Origin: Myxococcales bacterium
Lineage (GTDB): Bacteria; Myxococcota; Myxococcia; Myxococcales; 40CM-4-68-19
NCBI GenBank assembly: GCA_036513415.1
Contig: DATBZA010000107.1
Coordinates: 37,773 to 101,772 of the forward strand
Direction of reading: 5' to 3'
Length of the DNA stretch: 64,000 nt
Position 1 is the stretch's first letter; the number at the start of each line of letters is the position of its first letter. The translations under genes were made by a program, and so were the position numbers. Under the pieces are notes generated by a model. The model made no database searches and was not told the DNA's origin. It was given only the letters and a program-made list of their open reading frames with translations. Below are positions 33,801 to 44,958 of this stretch, in pieces.

Positions 33801-34074
33801 CACGGTGCGCGATGATGGCCGCGGGATCGATCCGCAGCTTCTCGAGTCCGGACGGGAGGGACACTGGGGACTCGCCGGCATGCGGGAACGCGCGAAGAGG
33901 ATTGGCGCGCGACTCAAGCTCTGGAGCCGGGCACTTGGCGGCACGGAAGTCGAGCTGTCCGTTCCGAGCGGCATTGCTTTTCGGGCGCAGTACCGCCGGT
34001 GGCCGTGGGACTGGCTGGCGCGGCTGTATCCGGGAAGGGCTGGGGATCTCGACGGCAGGAAGCGAGCGGGCTGA
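30814..34074 (+). CDS. sensor histidine kinase with periplasmic two-component-regulator beta-propeller + Y_Y_Y domain, HisKA_3 type
   Basis: Many repeats of the form (D/R)G.LW(V/I)(G/A)T..GL..F. Then PRFRYKLEGYDADW (Y_Y_Y), a TM segment, H-box RIAQELHDTLLQ and HATPase (DDGRGI). Start is uncertain; GTG 30928 is an alternative. Confidence 0.85.
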   Translation: MAVATNGTGPAQVAGERAIASGDVSSLAEVRRLRRIVGVSRPGLPPSVTKRARVACLIIPFALAAPVYALRPQKSDTQFTHTGWSAKDGIPGPVRAIAQTRDGYLWLATEAGLYRFDGLRFAPYEPSRSSHSHGPAVLSLLAAQDGSLWMGFGSGGIGRLRDGQVTHFPPGEGVPEGGILSIVEDGAGSIWAAGQYGFASFDNGKWRRVGAETGYAAPGAQALLVDHAGTLWVATDGLNFGLSKHPIRANTILTLAKNATHFSPTGEAVGMIWSMAEAPDGTVWVADTTFKKARRMDGRGAASPAVAVDGEPLCLTFGRDGSLWVGLIAGGVRRVRDIGRDAPLDRFRVEDHLSGSLVYAALKDREGNLWFGTGGGLDRFRENKMTAFSESEGLGPDQKIALTSTPDGSVWLVSYAQDKVRRFRDGAFVSSTLAPYSPSDSSRILALYANPAGQVWVGGSFKLARESHGTFSYLDVPGVIGPSSVEAVAEDKAGALWVTLTSPGGTRRILRRRRGKWTELPAQTVLPPYRCRVLHADALGRMWLGFENGEVVVFEGDASRLYSAKDGLRSGRVLVIAEDREGHVWIGGESGLSRFGQDRFVTLTQDNGLPGSSVSGILEDDDGNLWLAGALGILRVKPQELDKALASASYRVEGVTFDATDGLHGLPRQREPFPTATRAADGRLWFATTGGVAVIDPRRWPRNAMAPPVKIERAIADDRNLELSSGLRLPPNTKNLELQYAALSLTAPERVRFRYKLEGYDADWRGPVSARSATYTNLPPGDYRFHVAACNNDGVWNEEGAALEFTIVPAFRQTRAFLLLCAAAAGCLVWAGYRWRIRQVRSRLQLQFRERLEERTRIAQELHDTLLQGFLSASMQLHVAVNQVPAETADKRRLNRVLELMRSVIEEGRNAVKGLRSSPGCHDDLEEAFSRVREELDAKEDIDFFVIGEGQARPLHAIIRDEVYRIGREAVVNAFQHSGANRIEVEVEFAAKGLRVTVRDDGRGIDPQLLESGREGHWGLAGMRERAKRIGARLKLWSRALGGTEVELSVPSGIAFRAQYRRWPWDWLARLYPGRAGDLDGRKRAG

Positions 34075-34704
34075 ATGGCTGGACACGACCCGATCCGTGT
34101 TCTCTGCGTCGACGACCACCCTGTGCTTCGAGAGGGGATCGCTGCCCTGGTCGAGAGTCAGCGAGACATGAAGCTCGTGGCCGAGGCGGGGAGCGGACGC
34201 CAGGCCCTTCTCAGCTTTCGCGAGCACCGTCCAGACGTCACCCTGATGGATCTGAGGCTTCCCGACATGAGCGGCATCGATACGTTGGCCGCGATCCGCT
34301 CGGCGTTCCCCGATGCGCGCATCATCATGCTGACGACGTTCGAAGGCGACGTCGAGATCCGGCGCGCCCTCGAGGCGGGCGCGCGAGGGTACATGTTGAA
34401 GAGCATGCCTCCGCAGGACTTGATCGACGGGATCCGGCAAGTGCATGCGGGGAAGAAACGCATTCCGCTTGAGGTCGGGTCCCATCTCGCGGAGCACATG
34501 GGCGAGGAGGACCTGACGGCTCGCGAGGTCGAGGTCCTGCAGCAGATCGCCGGCGGGAACCGGAATCAAGACATCGCGAGTCGACTCTTCATCGCTGAAG
34601 AAACGGTCAAGGTCCACGTCAAGCACGTCATGGAGAAGCTCGGAGCAAGCGACCGCACTGAAGCCGTCTCGATCGCGCTCCGGCGCGGGATCATCCAGCT
34701 TTAG
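34075..34704 (+). CDS. NarL/LuxR family response regulator
   Basis: ATG directly follows the kinase stop. REC (VLCVDDHPVLREG...LMDLRLPDMSG) + LuxR HTH (LTAREVEVLQQIAGGNRNQDIASRLFIAEETVKVH). Confidence 0.9.
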   Translation: MAGHDPIRVLCVDDHPVLREGIAALVESQRDMKLVAEAGSGRQALLSFREHRPDVTLMDLRLPDMSGIDTLAAIRSAFPDARIIMLTTFEGDVEIRRALEAGARGYMLKSMPPQDLIDGIRQVHAGKKRIPLEVGSHLAEHMGEEDLTAREVEVLQQIAGGNRNQDIASRLFIAEETVKVHVKHVMEKLGASDRTEAVSIALRRGIIQL

Positions 34705-34723
34705 CCGCGGCCACTTCAGATCC

Positions 34724-34747
34724 TCAGGGGCTACGTTTGAGCGAGGT
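34724..34747 (+). repeat. copy B of conserved 24-nt element TCAGGGGCTACGTTTGAGCGAGGT
   Basis: 23/24 identical to 8831..8854. It has the same 19-nt offset from a TAG stop (34702-34704). Confidence 0.85.
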
Positions 34748-34835
34748 TCGTCGGGCGTTCGATGGCGATCCGCGCGAATACCACGATCGAGGGACTCGCC
34801 CCGGAGCAGGATTCGCTAGCCTGTGCGCGCCGAAC

Positions 34836-35258
34836 ATGCAGCGGCTATTCTCGACCTTTCCGGATGGGCGCCCCGGCGCAGGATTGCTGCTCTTGCGCGC
34901 GGCCGTTGGCGGCTCGCTCCTGGTCCTCGGCGGAACCTACCTCGTGCACGCGCATCAAGCCGGCGGGTGGAGCCTGGCCATCGGACTGCTGGCCGCCGCG
35001 AGCGGCGCCTCGCTGCTGATCGGATTCCTGACGCCGTTGGGCGTCCTCGCCGGCCTGGTGGCCATCGGCCTCGCCCTGGTGTGGCCGTCACCCGCCACTC
35101 GCGTCCTCCCGAACGGAAAGCTCGCCGCGCTCTTGCTGGGCGTCCTCGCTGCCGCGGTCGCCCTGTTGGGTCCCGGCGCGCTCTCCATCGACGCTCGACT
35201 GTTCGGGCGCCGCGAGATCAGCATTCCCCGCGCCCGGAACGGAGCTCCGGGAGAGTGA
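34836..35258 (+). CDS. DoxX-like small integral membrane protein
   Basis: Four hydrophobic segments. N-terminal LLLLRAAVGGSLLVLG pattern resembling DoxX. Start set to ATG 34836. Confidence 0.5.
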   Translation: MQRLFSTFPDGRPGAGLLLLRAAVGGSLLVLGGTYLVHAHQAGGWSLAIGLLAAASGASLLIGFLTPLGVLAGLVAIGLALVWPSPATRVLPNGKLAALLLGVLAAAVALLGPGALSIDARLFGRREISIPRARNGAPGE

Positions 35259-35432
35259 GACCATCGCGCCCGCCAGCTCGACGACCACGATCCGAAGGCC
35301 TGCGGATACCCCGATCGCGGTAGCCCGAGCTAGGCCGGAGGTGGCAGGAAAAAGGCCTTCCATCTCGTGATGCGGTCGGGTCGAGCGACGTTCTACCTTG
35401 CCGACATGGAGCGAACACCAGGAGAGCATTCC

Positions 35433-36563
35433 ATGAGCATCATCACGATCCGAGACGGCACGCCGGCATCCAATCTCGAGGTCCCGGTTGCCCTCGCCAA
35501 CCTGGATCTCGGGGACGAGATCGATCACGAGATCAACTTCGGCCGGATCGTCGGCAAAAGCCCTGCGCTGCGGCGCGTGCTCAAGCAGATCGAGACGGTG
35601 AGCGGCACGGTCAGCACGGTCATCCTCGAGGGCGAGACCGGGACCGGCAAGGAACTGTTCGCCCAGGCCATCCATGATCTCAGCGGCCGGCGTTCGGGCC
35701 CGTTCGTGAAGCTGAACTGTTCAGCGATTCCCAGCGGTCTTCTGGAAAGCGAGCTCTTCGGGCACGAGAAGGGAGCGTTCACGAGCGCCTCCGCTCAACG
35801 CGTCGGACGTTTCGAGCTGGCGAATGGCGGAACCATCTTCCTCGACGAAGTCGGCGAGCTCTCGCTCGAGCTGCAGCCGAAGCTCCTCCGGGTGCTTCAG
35901 GAAAGGGAATTCGAGCGTCTGGGCGGCGCGCGCACCCTGCGTACCGACATCCGGGTGATCGCGGCGACGAACCGCGACCTGAGAACGATGGTCGAGCGGG
36001 GGATGTTCCGGTCCGATCTCTTCTACCGTCTGAACGTCTTTCCCGTCCGGGTCCCCGCGCTTCGAGACCGGCCGGAGGACATTCCTCTTCTGGTCCGGTC
36101 CTTCGCCGACGAGTTTTCGCGGCGCATGAACAAATCGTTCGAGGCCATTCCCTGCTCGACCATGAGAGAACTGTGCCGGCACCCCTGGCCGGGCAACATC
36201 CGGGAGCTCCGGAACGTCGTTGAGCGCGCGGTCATCCTCTCGTCCGGTCCGGTCCTCGAAATCGACATCGCCGACATGAACGCTCGCAAATCGCCGATGC
36301 GCAGGGCAGACAGCAGGGTCGAGGCGTTCCCGTTGAGAAGACTTCGCGACGAACTGGATGACGCCCAACGCGATGTGATCCTCGGCGCGCTGAGGCAAGC
36401 GGATGGGCGTGTCGGAGGACCCGATGGTGCCGCAGCAAGGCTTGGTCTGAAGCGTACGACACTCATCGGCCGCATGAAGCGGCTCGGTATCGAGTCTCAC
36501 TCGCGAGATGGAAAGTCTTATGGGACCTCTCAACCAGACCTGTCAAAGACGATCGCTTCTTGA
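35433..36563 (+). CDS. sigma-54 enhancer-binding protein without N-terminal sensor domain (PspF/HrpR-like layout), GAFTSA loop variant
   Basis: Only about 45 aa precede the AAA+ core. Walker A GETGTGKE. ESELFGHEKGAFTSA at 35770-35787 (Ser replaces the second Gly of GAFTGA). HTH AAARLGLKRTTLIGRMKRLG. SD GGAGAG before ATG 35433. Confidence 0.85.
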   Translation: MSIITIRDGTPASNLEVPVALANLDLGDEIDHEINFGRIVGKSPALRRVLKQIETVSGTVSTVILEGETGTGKELFAQAIHDLSGRRSGPFVKLNCSAIPSGLLESELFGHEKGAFTSASAQRVGRFELANGGTIFLDEVGELSLELQPKLLRVLQEREFERLGGARTLRTDIRVIAATNRDLRTMVERGMFRSDLFYRLNVFPVRVPALRDRPEDIPLLVRSFADEFSRRMNKSFEAIPCSTMRELCRHPWPGNIRELRNVVERAVILSSGPVLEIDIADMNARKSPMRRADSRVEAFPLRRLRDELDDAQRDVILGALRQADGRVGGPDGAAARLGLKRTTLIGRMKRLGIESHSRDGKSYGTSQPDLSKTIAS

Positions 36564-36691
36564 TCCTGCGCGCGGCGGTACCAAGGTTGTACAGACCTGC
36601 GGGGCCTTGCGTGCTTCAATCCTGGTCCATGACAACCCCCGTGCGCCCGGCAGGTCGGGAGGTGACCGCGGTTTCCTGGATCCGAGTGCAC

Positions 36692-36707
36692 TGGCCGAGC
36701 ACTTGCA
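36692..36707 (+). promoter_or_regulatory. candidate sigma-54 promoter TGGCCG-N5-TTGCA
   Basis: Correct spacing and a perfect -12 TTGCA, in an intergenic region. It lies 129 nt after the sensor-less EBP gene and 15 nt (C of GC to A of ATG) before the first gene of the glycogen/PPP cluster. Confidence 0.5.
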
Positions 36708-36720
36708 ACCCTCGCTGGCC

Positions 36721-37350
36721 ATGAGCGACGCACTTCCTGTCGTTTACCTGGCGAGGCACGGCGAGACCGCCTGGACCATCTCAGGTCAGCACACAGGGGC
36801 GACCGATCTACCGCTGACCGCACAGGGTGAAGCCGAGGCCGTCCGGCTCGCAGAGCCGCTCGCGGGATTGACGTTCGCCGCGGTGTTCACGAGTCCGTTG
36901 CAGCGGGCGGTCCAAACGTGCGAGCTGGCTGGCTTCGGCCCTGTGGCCGAAGTCGAGCCTGACCTCGTCGAATGGAACTACGGCACGTACGAAGGTCGCA
37001 CCAGCGCCGAGATTCGCGCCGAGCGCCCTGGCTGGCAAGTGTTCCGCGATGGTTGCCCGGGAGGGGAGTCGCCAGCGCAGATCGGAGCACGAGCCGACCG
37101 GGTGGTACGCCGGATGCGAGCAATCGAAGGGAACGTCCTGCTCTTTTCGAGCGGGCATATCCTCCGGGTGTTCGCCGCGCGCTGGCTTGGGCTCGAACCG
37201 GGGACGGGCAGGTACTTCCTGCTCGGCACGGCCAGTCTCAGCGCGTTGGGATACGAGCATGATCGCTCCGAGCCGGTTATCCGTCTCTGGGACGAGAGGC
37301 CTCACGAACGGCGCGTCACCAAGGGGCAGGTATCGGGCACCGGGAGGTAG
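36721..37350 (+). CDS. histidine phosphatase superfamily protein (phosphoglycerate-mutase-like)
   Basis: N-terminal catalytic motif VYLARHGETAW. Later LFSSGHILR (second His). Confidence 0.8.
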   Translation: MSDALPVVYLARHGETAWTISGQHTGATDLPLTAQGEAEAVRLAEPLAGLTFAAVFTSPLQRAVQTCELAGFGPVAEVEPDLVEWNYGTYEGRTSAEIRAERPGWQVFRDGCPGGESPAQIGARADRVVRRMRAIEGNVLLFSSGHILRVFAARWLGLEPGTGRYFLLGTASLSALGYEHDRSEPVIRLWDERPHERRVTKGQVSGTGR

Positions 37351-37351
37351 C

Positions 37352-39886
37352 ATGGCGATGAGCGAAAAAAGGGTGGCGGTTCTTCGAGCAGGGGTGCCGG
37401 TTCTTCGAACAGGAGCAGCCTCGGACACCTTGGAGGCGCTGCGCTGGCAATACGGATGCGGTCCGGTGGACCTCACGGGCACCGCCGATGCGCTCTATGA
37501 GCGGCACCTGCTCTTCGACAACGTCGCCGATCCCGCGGCCGCCGGGACGCGTGAGCGCTACGAGGCCCTCGCGCGCTCCGTCCGGGACGTCCTCTCGCAG
37601 CGATGGGTCCGGACGGAGCAGACCTACGAGAGCTTGAACCCCAAGCGCGTCTACTACCTGTCGATGGAGTTCCTGATCGGCCGCTCGCTGTCCAACAACA
37701 TCACGAATCTGCTGCTCAGTCCCTTCCTGAGCGAAGCCGTCAAGCAGAGATCCCTGGATTGGCTTGGCCCGCTCGAAGAGGAACCCGACGCCGCCCTGGG
37801 AAACGGCGGCCTCGGGCGTCTGGCTGCGTGCTTCCTCGATTCGATGGCCACCCTGCAGTTGCCGGCGATGGGGTACGGGCTCCGGTACGAGTACGGAATG
37901 TTCCGGCAATCCATCCAAGACGGTTGGCAACACGAGCAGCCCGACAACTGGCTTCGTCGCCCCGACCCGTGGGAGGTCGCGCGTCCCGACGACAAGGTCG
38001 AGATCGAGCTGAACTGCTCGTTCGAGGTCCGGGGAGGGGCGCTGAGCGCGATCCTGGGAAGGCCATCCAAGCTGATCGGCATTCCGTTCGATCGGCCCGT
38101 GGTGGGCTATGGCGGCAAGACGATCAACACGCTGCGCCTCTGGGCGGCGCGCGCGGGCGATTACTTCGATTTCCAGGCGTTCAGCCATGGCGACTTCGTC
38201 GCCGCGCTGGCCGAAACGCTCGCGGCCGAGTCTCTCACGCGGGTCCTCTATCCCGACGACTCCACCACCCAGGGGCAGGGGCTGCGGTTCGTGCAGGAGT
38301 ACTTTCTCGTCGCCTGCTCACTCGCCGATCTGATCCGGCGATTTCGCCGCACCAACGCGGACTGGGGTGCGCTTCCCGACAAGGCCGCCATCCAGCTCAA
38401 CGATACCCACCCGTCAATCGCCGTTCCCGAGCTGATGCGGCTCCTGCTCGACGAGGCTCACCTCGGATGGGACCAGGCCTGGGACCTCACCCAACGTACG
38501 CTGGCGTATACGAACCACACGCTGCTGCCCGAGGCGCTGGAAAAATGGCCGCTGGCGTGGTTCGAGACGCTGCTCCCTCGCCACCTCGAGATCATCCTCG
38601 AGATCAACCGGCGATTGCTCGATGCGGTCCGGCGCCGCTTTCCCGGCGACGAGGGCCGTGTGGGACGCACGAGCCTGATCGAAGAAGGCCCGAGCAAACA
38701 CGTCCGCATGGCCAACCTCGCCATCGTGGGCTCGCACAGCACCAACGGCGTGGCGGCGATTCACTCCGCGCTGCTGCGCTCGAACACGGTGAGGGACCTG
38801 GCCGAGACGTTTCCCGAGCGTTTCGGCAACAAGACCAATGGCGTCACGCCGCGGCGCTGGCTGCTGCTCTCGAACCCGGCGCTGGCCAGGACCATCACTG
38901 AAAGCATCGGCGAAGACTGGATCGCCGACCTCGGCCAGCTTGCCAGGCTCAAGCCGCTCGCCGACGACTCGAGCTTCCGCGACGCGTTCCGCTCCACCAA
39001 GCGAGCGGCCAAGTCCGCCTTCGCGGAGTGGCTCCGAGCGAGCTCGGGGCAGACGGTGGATCCCGATACCATCTTCGACAGCCAGGTGAAGCGCATCCAC
39101 GAATACAAGCGGCAGCTTCTCAACGCGTTGCGGATCGTCGTGCTCTACAACCGCTTGCGGGAGGACCCGACGCTGCAGACGACGCCGCGGACTTTCCTGT
39201 TCGCCGGCAAGGCGGCGCCGGCGTACCATCTGGCCAAGCTCATCATCAAGCTCCTGAACAACCTCGCCGGGACCATCGACGCCGATCCGTCGGTGCGTGG
39301 GAGGCTCAAGGTGATGTTCCTCCCCGAGTACTCCGTGTCCCTGGCCGAGCGGTTGATTCCAGCCACCGATGTCTCCAACCAGATCTCGACCGCCGGCTAC
39401 GAGGCGAGCGGCACCAGCAACATGAAGTTCATGATGAACGGCGCGCTGACGATCGGCACCCGCGACGGCGCGACGATCGAGATGGCGCAGGAGGCCGGGG
39501 AGGAGAACTTCTTCCTCTTTGGCCTGACGGCGGAGCAGGTTGCCGGCAGCCGCGGCTGGTACAACCCGCGCTGGCACTACGACAACCAGCCGGAGATCCG
39601 CGCGGCGCTGGACCTGATCTTCTCCGATCACTTCAGCCGCAATGAGCCCGGCGTGTTTGCGCCGCTGCGCGACACGCTGCTGACGAGCGACCATTACATG
39701 CACCTCGCGGACCTCGGATCCTATCTCGAGGCCGATCGCAGCCTCTGCGCGCTATACGCAGACCCGGAAGCATGGGCGCGCAAGGCCATCCTGAACGTGG
39801 CCAGCTCCGGGAAGTTCTCCAGCGACCGCACCATTGCCGAGTACGCGGCCGACATCTGGCACGTCAGTCCGTGTCCGGTGCCGTGA
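37352..39886 (+). CDS. glgP: glycogen/maltodextrin phosphorylase
   Basis: [34 protein letters not shown]-lysine region [32 protein letters not shown] before ATG 37352. Confidence 0.95.
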   Translation: MAMSEKRVAVLRAGVPVLRTGAASDTLEALRWQYGCGPVDLTGTADALYERHLLFDNVADPAAAGTRERYEALARSVRDVLSQRWVRTEQTYESLNPKRVYYLSMEFLIGRSLSNNITNLLLSPFLSEAVKQRSLDWLGPLEEEPDAALGNGGLGRLAACFLDSMATLQLPAMGYGLRYEYGMFRQSIQDGWQHEQPDNWLRRPDPWEVARPDDKVEIELNCSFEVRGGALSAILGRPSKLIGIPFDRPVVGYGGKTINTLRLWAARAGDYFDFQAFSHGDFVAALAETLAAESLTRVLYPDDSTTQGQGLRFVQEYFLVACSLADLIRRFRRTNADWGALPDKAAIQLNDTHPSIAVPELMRLLLDEAHLGWDQAWDLTQRTLAYTNHTLLPEALEKWPLAWFETLLPRHLEIILEINRRLLDAVRRRFPGDEGRVGRTSLIEEGPSKHVRMANLAIVGSHSTNGVAAIHSALLRSNTVRDLAETFPERFGNKTNGVTPRRWLLLSNPALARTITESIGEDWIADLGQLARLKPLADDSSFRDAFRSTKRAAKSAFAEWLRASSGQTVDPDTIFDSQVKRIHEYKRQLLNALRIVVLYNRLREDPTLQTTPRTFLFAGKAAPAYHLAKLIIKLLNNLAGTIDADPSVRGRLKVMFLPEYSVSLAERLIPATDVSNQISTAGYEASGTSNMKFMMNGALTIGTRDGATIEMAQEAGEENFFLFGLTAEQVAGSRGWYNPRWHYDNQPEIRAALDLIFSDHFSRNEPGVFAPLRDTLLTSDHYMHLADLGSYLEADRSLCALYADPEAWARKAILNVASSGKFSSDRTIAEYAADIWHVSPCPVP

Positions 39887-39947
39887 AGGAGCCGCGCAGC
39901 GACGACGCCGTCCTGGACAAGGCAAGCTGACAGGAAAGGGGAAACCG

Positions 39948-41591
39948 ATGACGAGAATGCTGCCACTGACCGCGCGTCAATCGTGGAAGGCGCTCCAGAC
40001 CCACCAGGAGAAGATCCGGGAGGTGCACCTCCGCACGCTCTTCGACGACGACCCGACGCGCGGCGAGCGCTTCACCGCGGAGGCGGCCGGAATCCATCTC
40101 GACTACTCCAAGAATCGCGTCACGGACGAGACCCTGGCGCTGCTCCGCCGGCTGGCCGAGGAGTCCGGCCTGCGCGAACGCATCGATGCCATGTTCCGGG
40201 GAGACAAGATCAACCTGACGGAAAACAGATCCGTCCTGCATGTCGCCCTGCGCGCCCCGCGCGGCAAGGCGATCGTCGTGGACGGCAAGGACGTGGTGCC
40301 CGACGTCCACGCCGTGCTCGGCGCGATGACCGACTTCTCCAATCGGGTGCGGAGCGGCGCGTGGAAGGGGCACACCGGCAAGCGCATTCGCAACGTGGTC
40401 AACATCGGCATCGGCGGCTCAGACCTCGGCCCCGTGATGGCCTACGAGGCGCTCAAGCACTACAGCGATCGCGCGATGGCCTTTCGCTTCGTCTCGAACG
40501 TAGATGGGACCGATCTGGTGGAGGCGACCCGCGACCTGGACCCTGCGGAGACGCTCTTCATCGTTTCCTCGAAGACCTTCACCACGCTGGAAACGATGAC
40601 CAACGCCGAGAGCGCGCGCCAGTGGTTGCTCAAGGAGCTCGGCGGAGACGTCAAGGCGGTGTCCAAGCATTTCGTCGCCGTCTCCACCAACGCCAAGAAG
40701 GTCTCGGAGTTCGGCATCGACACCGCGAACATGTTTGGATTCTGGGACTGGGTGGGCGGGCGCTATTCGATGGACTCGGCGATCGGTCTGTCGACGATGC
40801 TCGCCGTCGGTCCCGAGAATTTCCGCGCTCTGCTGGATGGCTTCCACCAGATGGACGAGCACTTCCGCACCGCCCCATTCGAGCGCAACCTGCCGGTGCT
40901 CCTCGGCCTGTTGACGGTGTGGTACGCGGATTTCTTCGACGCCGAGACGGTGGCCGTGCTGCCCTACGAGCAATACCTGAAGCGTTTCCCCGCCTACCTG
41001 CAGCAGCTGGCGATGGAAAGCAACGGCAAGCACGTCACCCGCGAGGGAGACGAGATCAGCTATCCGACCGGGCCCATCTACTGGGGCGAGCCGGGAACAA
41101 ACGGGCAGCACTCGTTCTACCAGCTGATCCATCAAGGCACCCGTCTCATTCCCTGCGACTTCATTGCCTTCTCCGAAACGCTGAATCCGCTCGGCCGCCA
41201 CCACGACATGCTGCTCGCGAACGTGTTCGCGCAGACCGAGGCGCTGGCCTTCGGGAAGACGCGCGAGCAGGTGAAAGCGGAAGGAACGGCGGACAGCCTC
41301 GTTCCCCATCGCGTATTCAAGGGGAACCGCCCGTCGAACACCATCCTCGCCGAGCGGCTGACGCCGGAGACCCTTGGCAAGCTGGTCGCGCTCTACGAGC
41401 ACAGCGTGTTCACCCAGGGCATGATCTGGGACGTCGACTCCTTCGATCAGTGGGGAGTCGAGCTGGGCAAGGTGCTGGCCCAGCGGATCATCCCGGAGCT
41501 CGAGAGCGAGACGGAGCCCGCGCTCCGTCACGACAGCTCGACGAACGCGCTCATCCGGCGCTACCGGACGCGCAAGGGCGCCGTGCGATGA
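39948..41591 (+). CDS. pgi: glucose-6-phosphate isomerase
   Basis: [28 protein letters not shown]..., [17 protein letters not shown] motifs. Confidence 0.95.
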   Translation: MTRMLPLTARQSWKALQTHQEKIREVHLRTLFDDDPTRGERFTAEAAGIHLDYSKNRVTDETLALLRRLAEESGLRERIDAMFRGDKINLTENRSVLHVALRAPRGKAIVVDGKDVVPDVHAVLGAMTDFSNRVRSGAWKGHTGKRIRNVVNIGIGGSDLGPVMAYEALKHYSDRAMAFRFVSNVDGTDLVEATRDLDPAETLFIVSSKTFTTLETMTNAESARQWLLKELGGDVKAVSKHFVAVSTNAKKVSEFGIDTANMFGFWDWVGGRYSMDSAIGLSTMLAVGPENFRALLDGFHQMDEHFRTAPFERNLPVLLGLLTVWYADFFDAETVAVLPYEQYLKRFPAYLQQLAMESNGKHVTREGDEISYPTGPIYWGEPGTNGQHSFYQLIHQGTRLIPCDFIAFSETLNPLGRHHDMLLANVFAQTEALAFGKTREQVKAEGTADSLVPHRVFKGNRPSNTILAERLTPETLGKLVALYEHSVFTQGMIWDVDSFDQWGVELGKVLAQRIIPELESETEPALRHDSSTNALIRRYRTRKGAVR

Positions 41592-42490
41592 CCGGGATGG
41601 CCCAGTTCACGCAGCAGCTGCAGAGGATGAAAACGGATCCCGGGTTCATCGCGGCGCTGGATCAAAGCGGTGGGAGCACGCCCGGCGCGCTGCGCGCTTA
41701 CGGAATCAAGGAAGGCGCGTGGTCCAACGACGAGGAGATGTTCGCGCTCGTGCATCAGATGCGCACGCGCATCATCACCAGCCCGTCCTTCACCGGCGAG
41801 CGGATCCTCGGCGCCATCCTCTTCGAGAACACCATGGACAGGGACATCGAGGGACAGCCGACCGGGGATTACCTGTGGAACGTGAAACGGGTCGTGCCCT
41901 TCCTGAAAGTCGACAAGGGCCTGGCAGCGGAGAAGGACGGTGTCCAGTTGATGAAGCCGATACCCGGGCTCGCCGCGCTGCTCGACAAGGCCAAGACGAA
42001 GCGCATCTTCGGAACCAAGATGCGCTCGTTCGTCAAGCAAGCCAACCGAGCGGGCATCCAAGGCATCGTGACCCAGCAGTTCGAGGCTGCCCGGCAGATC
42101 ACCGCCGCGGGCCTCGTGCCGATCGTCGAGCCGGAAGTGGACATTCACTGTCCAGAAAAGGCCGAGGCCGAGGAGTTGCTCAAAGGGGCCATCCTCGAGA
42201 AGCTCGACGGACTGCCCGAGGGCCAGCTCGTCATGCTGAAGATCACCTTGCCGGAGAAAGACGACTTCTACAGCGAGTTCGTCAGCCATCCCAAGGTGGT
42301 GAGGGTGGTTGCGCTTTCTGGCGGTTACACGCGGGAAGAAGCCAACGAGCGCTTGCGGAGGAACCACGGCGTCGTGGCGAGCTTTTCACGGGCGCTGGTC
42401 GAGGGGTTGTCCGCCCCGCAATCCGACGCAGAGTACGACGCCCGGCTGGATGCAGCCGTTCGGAGCATCTTCGAGGCGTCCAACACTTGA
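41588..42490 (+). CDS. fba: class I fructose-bisphosphate aldolase
   Basis: [29 protein letters not shown] (Schiff-base Lys region). ATG overlaps the pgi stop (ATGA). Confidence 0.85.
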   Translation: MTGMAQFTQQLQRMKTDPGFIAALDQSGGSTPGALRAYGIKEGAWSNDEEMFALVHQMRTRIITSPSFTGERILGAILFENTMDRDIEGQPTGDYLWNVKRVVPFLKVDKGLAAEKDGVQLMKPIPGLAALLDKAKTKRIFGTKMRSFVKQANRAGIQGIVTQQFEAARQITAAGLVPIVEPEVDIHCPEKAEAEELLKGAILEKLDGLPEGQLVMLKITLPEKDDFYSEFVSHPKVVRVVALSGGYTREEANERLRRNHGVVASFSRALVEGLSAPQSDAEYDARLDAAVRSIFEASNT

Positions 42491-42531
42491 AGCGAAGCCG
42501 CCGAGCAATCGGCCTTGAAAAGGAGTGAGCG

Positions 42532-43566
42532 ATGCAACTCGGAATGATCGGACTTGGTCGCATGGGCGCGAACATGGCCCGGCGGCTTCTTGCAGGCGGC
42601 CACCGATGCGTGGTCTTCAGCAGGTCGGCGAACGCGGTCGAGGAGTTGAGTCGGGCCAAGGCGGTCGGCGCCTCGTCTCTGGCCGATCTCGTGAAGAAGC
42701 TGGAGACGCCGCGGGCCATCTGGCTGATGGTCCCGGCGGCAGCCGTGGACGCGACCGTCAGCGACCTTTTGCCCCATCTCGCGCCTGGCGACATCATCAT
42801 CGATGGCGGGAATTCCTATTACGTCGACGACATCCGGCGCGCGAAGGAGCTTGCGGAGAAGGGCATCCACTACGTGGACGTCGGGACCAGCGGCGGAGTC
42901 TGGGGACGGGAGCGCGGGTACTGCCTGATGATCGGCGGCGAGGATGCGGTGGTGAAACACCTCGATCCCATCTTCGCGCAATTGGCGCCCGGCGCCGGCG
43001 ACATCCCCCGCACTCCGGGGCGGGAAGCCATCCGCGGCACGGCCGAGCAGGGATACCTGCACTGCGGACCGAACGGCGCCGGCCATTTCGTCAAGATGGT
43101 GCACAACGGAATCGAGTACGGCGTCATGGCCGCTTACGCCGAGGGACTGGGCATCTTGCGGAACGCCAACGTCGGAAAGCGAGAACACGCGGTCGACGCC
43201 GAGACCACGCCGCTGCGGGCCCCGGAGCGCTACCAGTACGACCTCGACCTTCGCGACATCACCGAGGTCTGGCGGCGCGGCAGCGTCATCGCTTCGTGGC
43301 TGCTCGATCTGACGGCAGCCGCCCTGATCAAGGATCCCGCGCTGTCGGAGTTCTCGGGCCGGGTCTCGGACTCGGGCGAGGGACGGTGGACGATCAACGC
43401 GGCCATCGACGAGGCGGTGCCGGCGCCCGTGCTGTCCGCCGCCCTCTATCAGCGGTTCAGCTCACGCGGCGAGGCGGACTTTCAAGACCGCGTCCTGTCC
43501 GCCCTGCGGTACCAGTTCGGCGGACACCTGGAGAAGCCCGGCGGCAGCGGCGGGAGCTCACGATGA
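42532..43566 (+). CDS. gnd: 6-phosphogluconate dehydrogenase, decarboxylating (short-chain type)
   Basis: [19 protein letters not shown] Rossmann N-terminus. [16 protein letters not shown] signature. AAGGAG SD. Confidence 0.9.
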   Translation: MQLGMIGLGRMGANMARRLLAGGHRCVVFSRSANAVEELSRAKAVGASSLADLVKKLETPRAIWLMVPAAAVDATVSDLLPHLAPGDIIIDGGNSYYVDDIRRAKELAEKGIHYVDVGTSGGVWGRERGYCLMIGGEDAVVKHLDPIFAQLAPGAGDIPRTPGREAIRGTAEQGYLHCGPNGAGHFVKMVHNGIEYGVMAAYAEGLGILRNANVGKREHAVDAETTPLRAPERYQYDLDLRDITEVWRRGSVIASWLLDLTAAALIKDPALSEFSGRVSDSGEGRWTINAAIDEAVPAPVLSAALYQRFSSRGEADFQDRVLSALRYQFGGHLEKPGGSGGSSR

Positions 43567-44945
43567 GCGACGCCCGTTCGGATGCCCTGGTGTTCTTCGG
43601 CGCGACGGGCGACCTGGCGTTCAAGAAGATCTTTCCGGCACTGCAGGCGATGGTGAAACGCGGCCATCTCAACGTGCCGATCATCGGCGTGGCGAAGGCG
43701 GGCTGGGGCGTCGACGAGCTCCGCGCCCGCGCGCGCGACAGCGTCAAGCAGCACGGCGGGCTGGATGCCGCGGCGTTCGACAAGCTGTCTCGACTGCTGC
43801 GCTATGTGGACGGCGACTACCGGGACGCGGCGACGTTCCAGGCCATTCGCCAGCAACTCGGTTCCGCTCAGCGCCCCGTCCACTACCTCGCCATCCCGCC
43901 CACGCTGTTCGGGCCGGTCGTGGAACAGCTCAACCGGTCAGGCTGCGCGAAAGGCGCTCGCATCATCGTCGAGAAGCCGTTCGGCGGCGATCTCTCCTCG
44001 GCGCAGGAACTCAACCGCACGCTGCTCGGCTCCTTCGACGAGAGGACGATCTTTCGCATCGACCATTACCTCGGCAAACGGCCGGTGCATCACATGTTGT
44101 TTTTCCGGTTTGCGAACCCGTTCATGGCGCCTTTCTGGAACAGGAATGACGTCGAGAGCGTCCAGATCACGATGGCCGAGGAGTTCGGGATCCAGGGAAG
44201 GGGCGCCTTCTACGACGAGACGGGCACCGTGCGCGATGTGGTGCAGAACCACCTGTTCCAGGTGCTGACCAACCTGGCCATGGAGCCTCCGGTCAGGACC
44301 GACAGCCAATCCATCCGAGACGAGAAGGTGAAAGTCCTCGAGGCGATCCCGGCCCTCGTCCCGGACAACGTCGTGCGCGGACAGTTTCGCGGTTATCGAT
44401 TGGAGAAGGGAGTGGCGGCGGATTCGCAGGTGGAAACGTTCGTCGCCATGCGCCTCCAGATCGACTCCTGGCGCTGGCAGGGCGTGCCCTTCTACATCCG
44501 GGCCGGAAAGTGCCTGCCCGTGACGTGCACGGAGATCGTCATCCGGCTCCGCCGGCCTCCCACGATCTTTCAAGGCTTCCACCTCGACTCGAACTACTGC
44601 CGCTTCCGGATCAGTCCCGACGTTACGCTCGCCCTCGGCGCGAACGTGATCGCGCCGGGACAGGAGACGCGCAGCCAGACCGCGGAAATGGTGGGGACCC
44701 AGCTCCCTGGCGCGGACGAAATGGATGCTTACGAGCGGGTCCTGGGAGACGCGATGGAGGGCGATTCCACGCTGTTCGCGCGGGAGGACTACGTCGAAGA
44801 AGCGTGGCGAATCGTCGATCCGGTGCTGAAGGTCGGCACACCCGTCTACGAATACGAGCCAGGAACCTGGGGACCAAAAGAGGTCGACTCTAAAGTCTCG
44901 CCCCCCGGAGGCTGGCAGAACCCTCCGCTGTCGGGAAGGGCGTAA
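43563..44945 (+). CDS. zwf: glucose-6-phosphate 1-dehydrogenase
   Basis: [46 protein letters not shown] overlaps the gnd stop (ATGA). Confidence 0.95.
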   Translation: MSDARSDALVFFGATGDLAFKKIFPALQAMVKRGHLNVPIIGVAKAGWGVDELRARARDSVKQHGGLDAAAFDKLSRLLRYVDGDYRDAATFQAIRQQLGSAQRPVHYLAIPPTLFGPVVEQLNRSGCAKGARIIVEKPFGGDLSSAQELNRTLLGSFDERTIFRIDHYLGKRPVHHMLFFRFANPFMAPFWNRNDVESVQITMAEEFGIQGRGAFYDETGTVRDVVQNHLFQVLTNLAMEPPVRTDSQSIRDEKVKVLEAIPALVPDNVVRGQFRGYRLEKGVAADSQVETFVAMRLQIDSWRWQGVPFYIRAGKCLPVTCTEIVIRLRRPPTIFQGFHLDSNYCRFRISPDVTLALGANVIAPGQETRSQTAEMVGTQLPGADEMDAYERVLGDAMEGDSTLFAREDYVEEAWRIVDPVLKVGTPVYEYEPGTWGPKEVDSKVSPPGGWQNPPLSGRA

Positions 44946-44958
44946 GCGGAGCGGACGC

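Noticed and set aside
34803-34818. CGGAGC-N5-TCGCT before the DoxX-like gene, and TGGAAC-N5-GGGC (51106-51120) before the ycaQ-like gene
   Set aside because: Only the GG/GC dinucleotides and a few flanking bases match. They are used as weak supporting cases in the short-leader observation, not as features.
35342-35357. TGGCAG-N5-AGGCC upstream of the sensor-less EBP gene
   Set aside because: The -24 half is good, but the -12 half retains only GC. The start-codon choice (35367/35370 versus 35433) makes its geometry ambiguous. I kept it as a note only.
39983-42490. 835-aa ORF as a single gene
   Set aside because: Only the last 300 codons (from ATG 41588) encode the class I aldolase. The rest is an out-of-frame shadow of pgi.
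42525-44945. 806-aa ORF as a single gene
   Set aside because: Only the part from ATG 43563 is zwf. The 5' part is a shadow frame over gnd.
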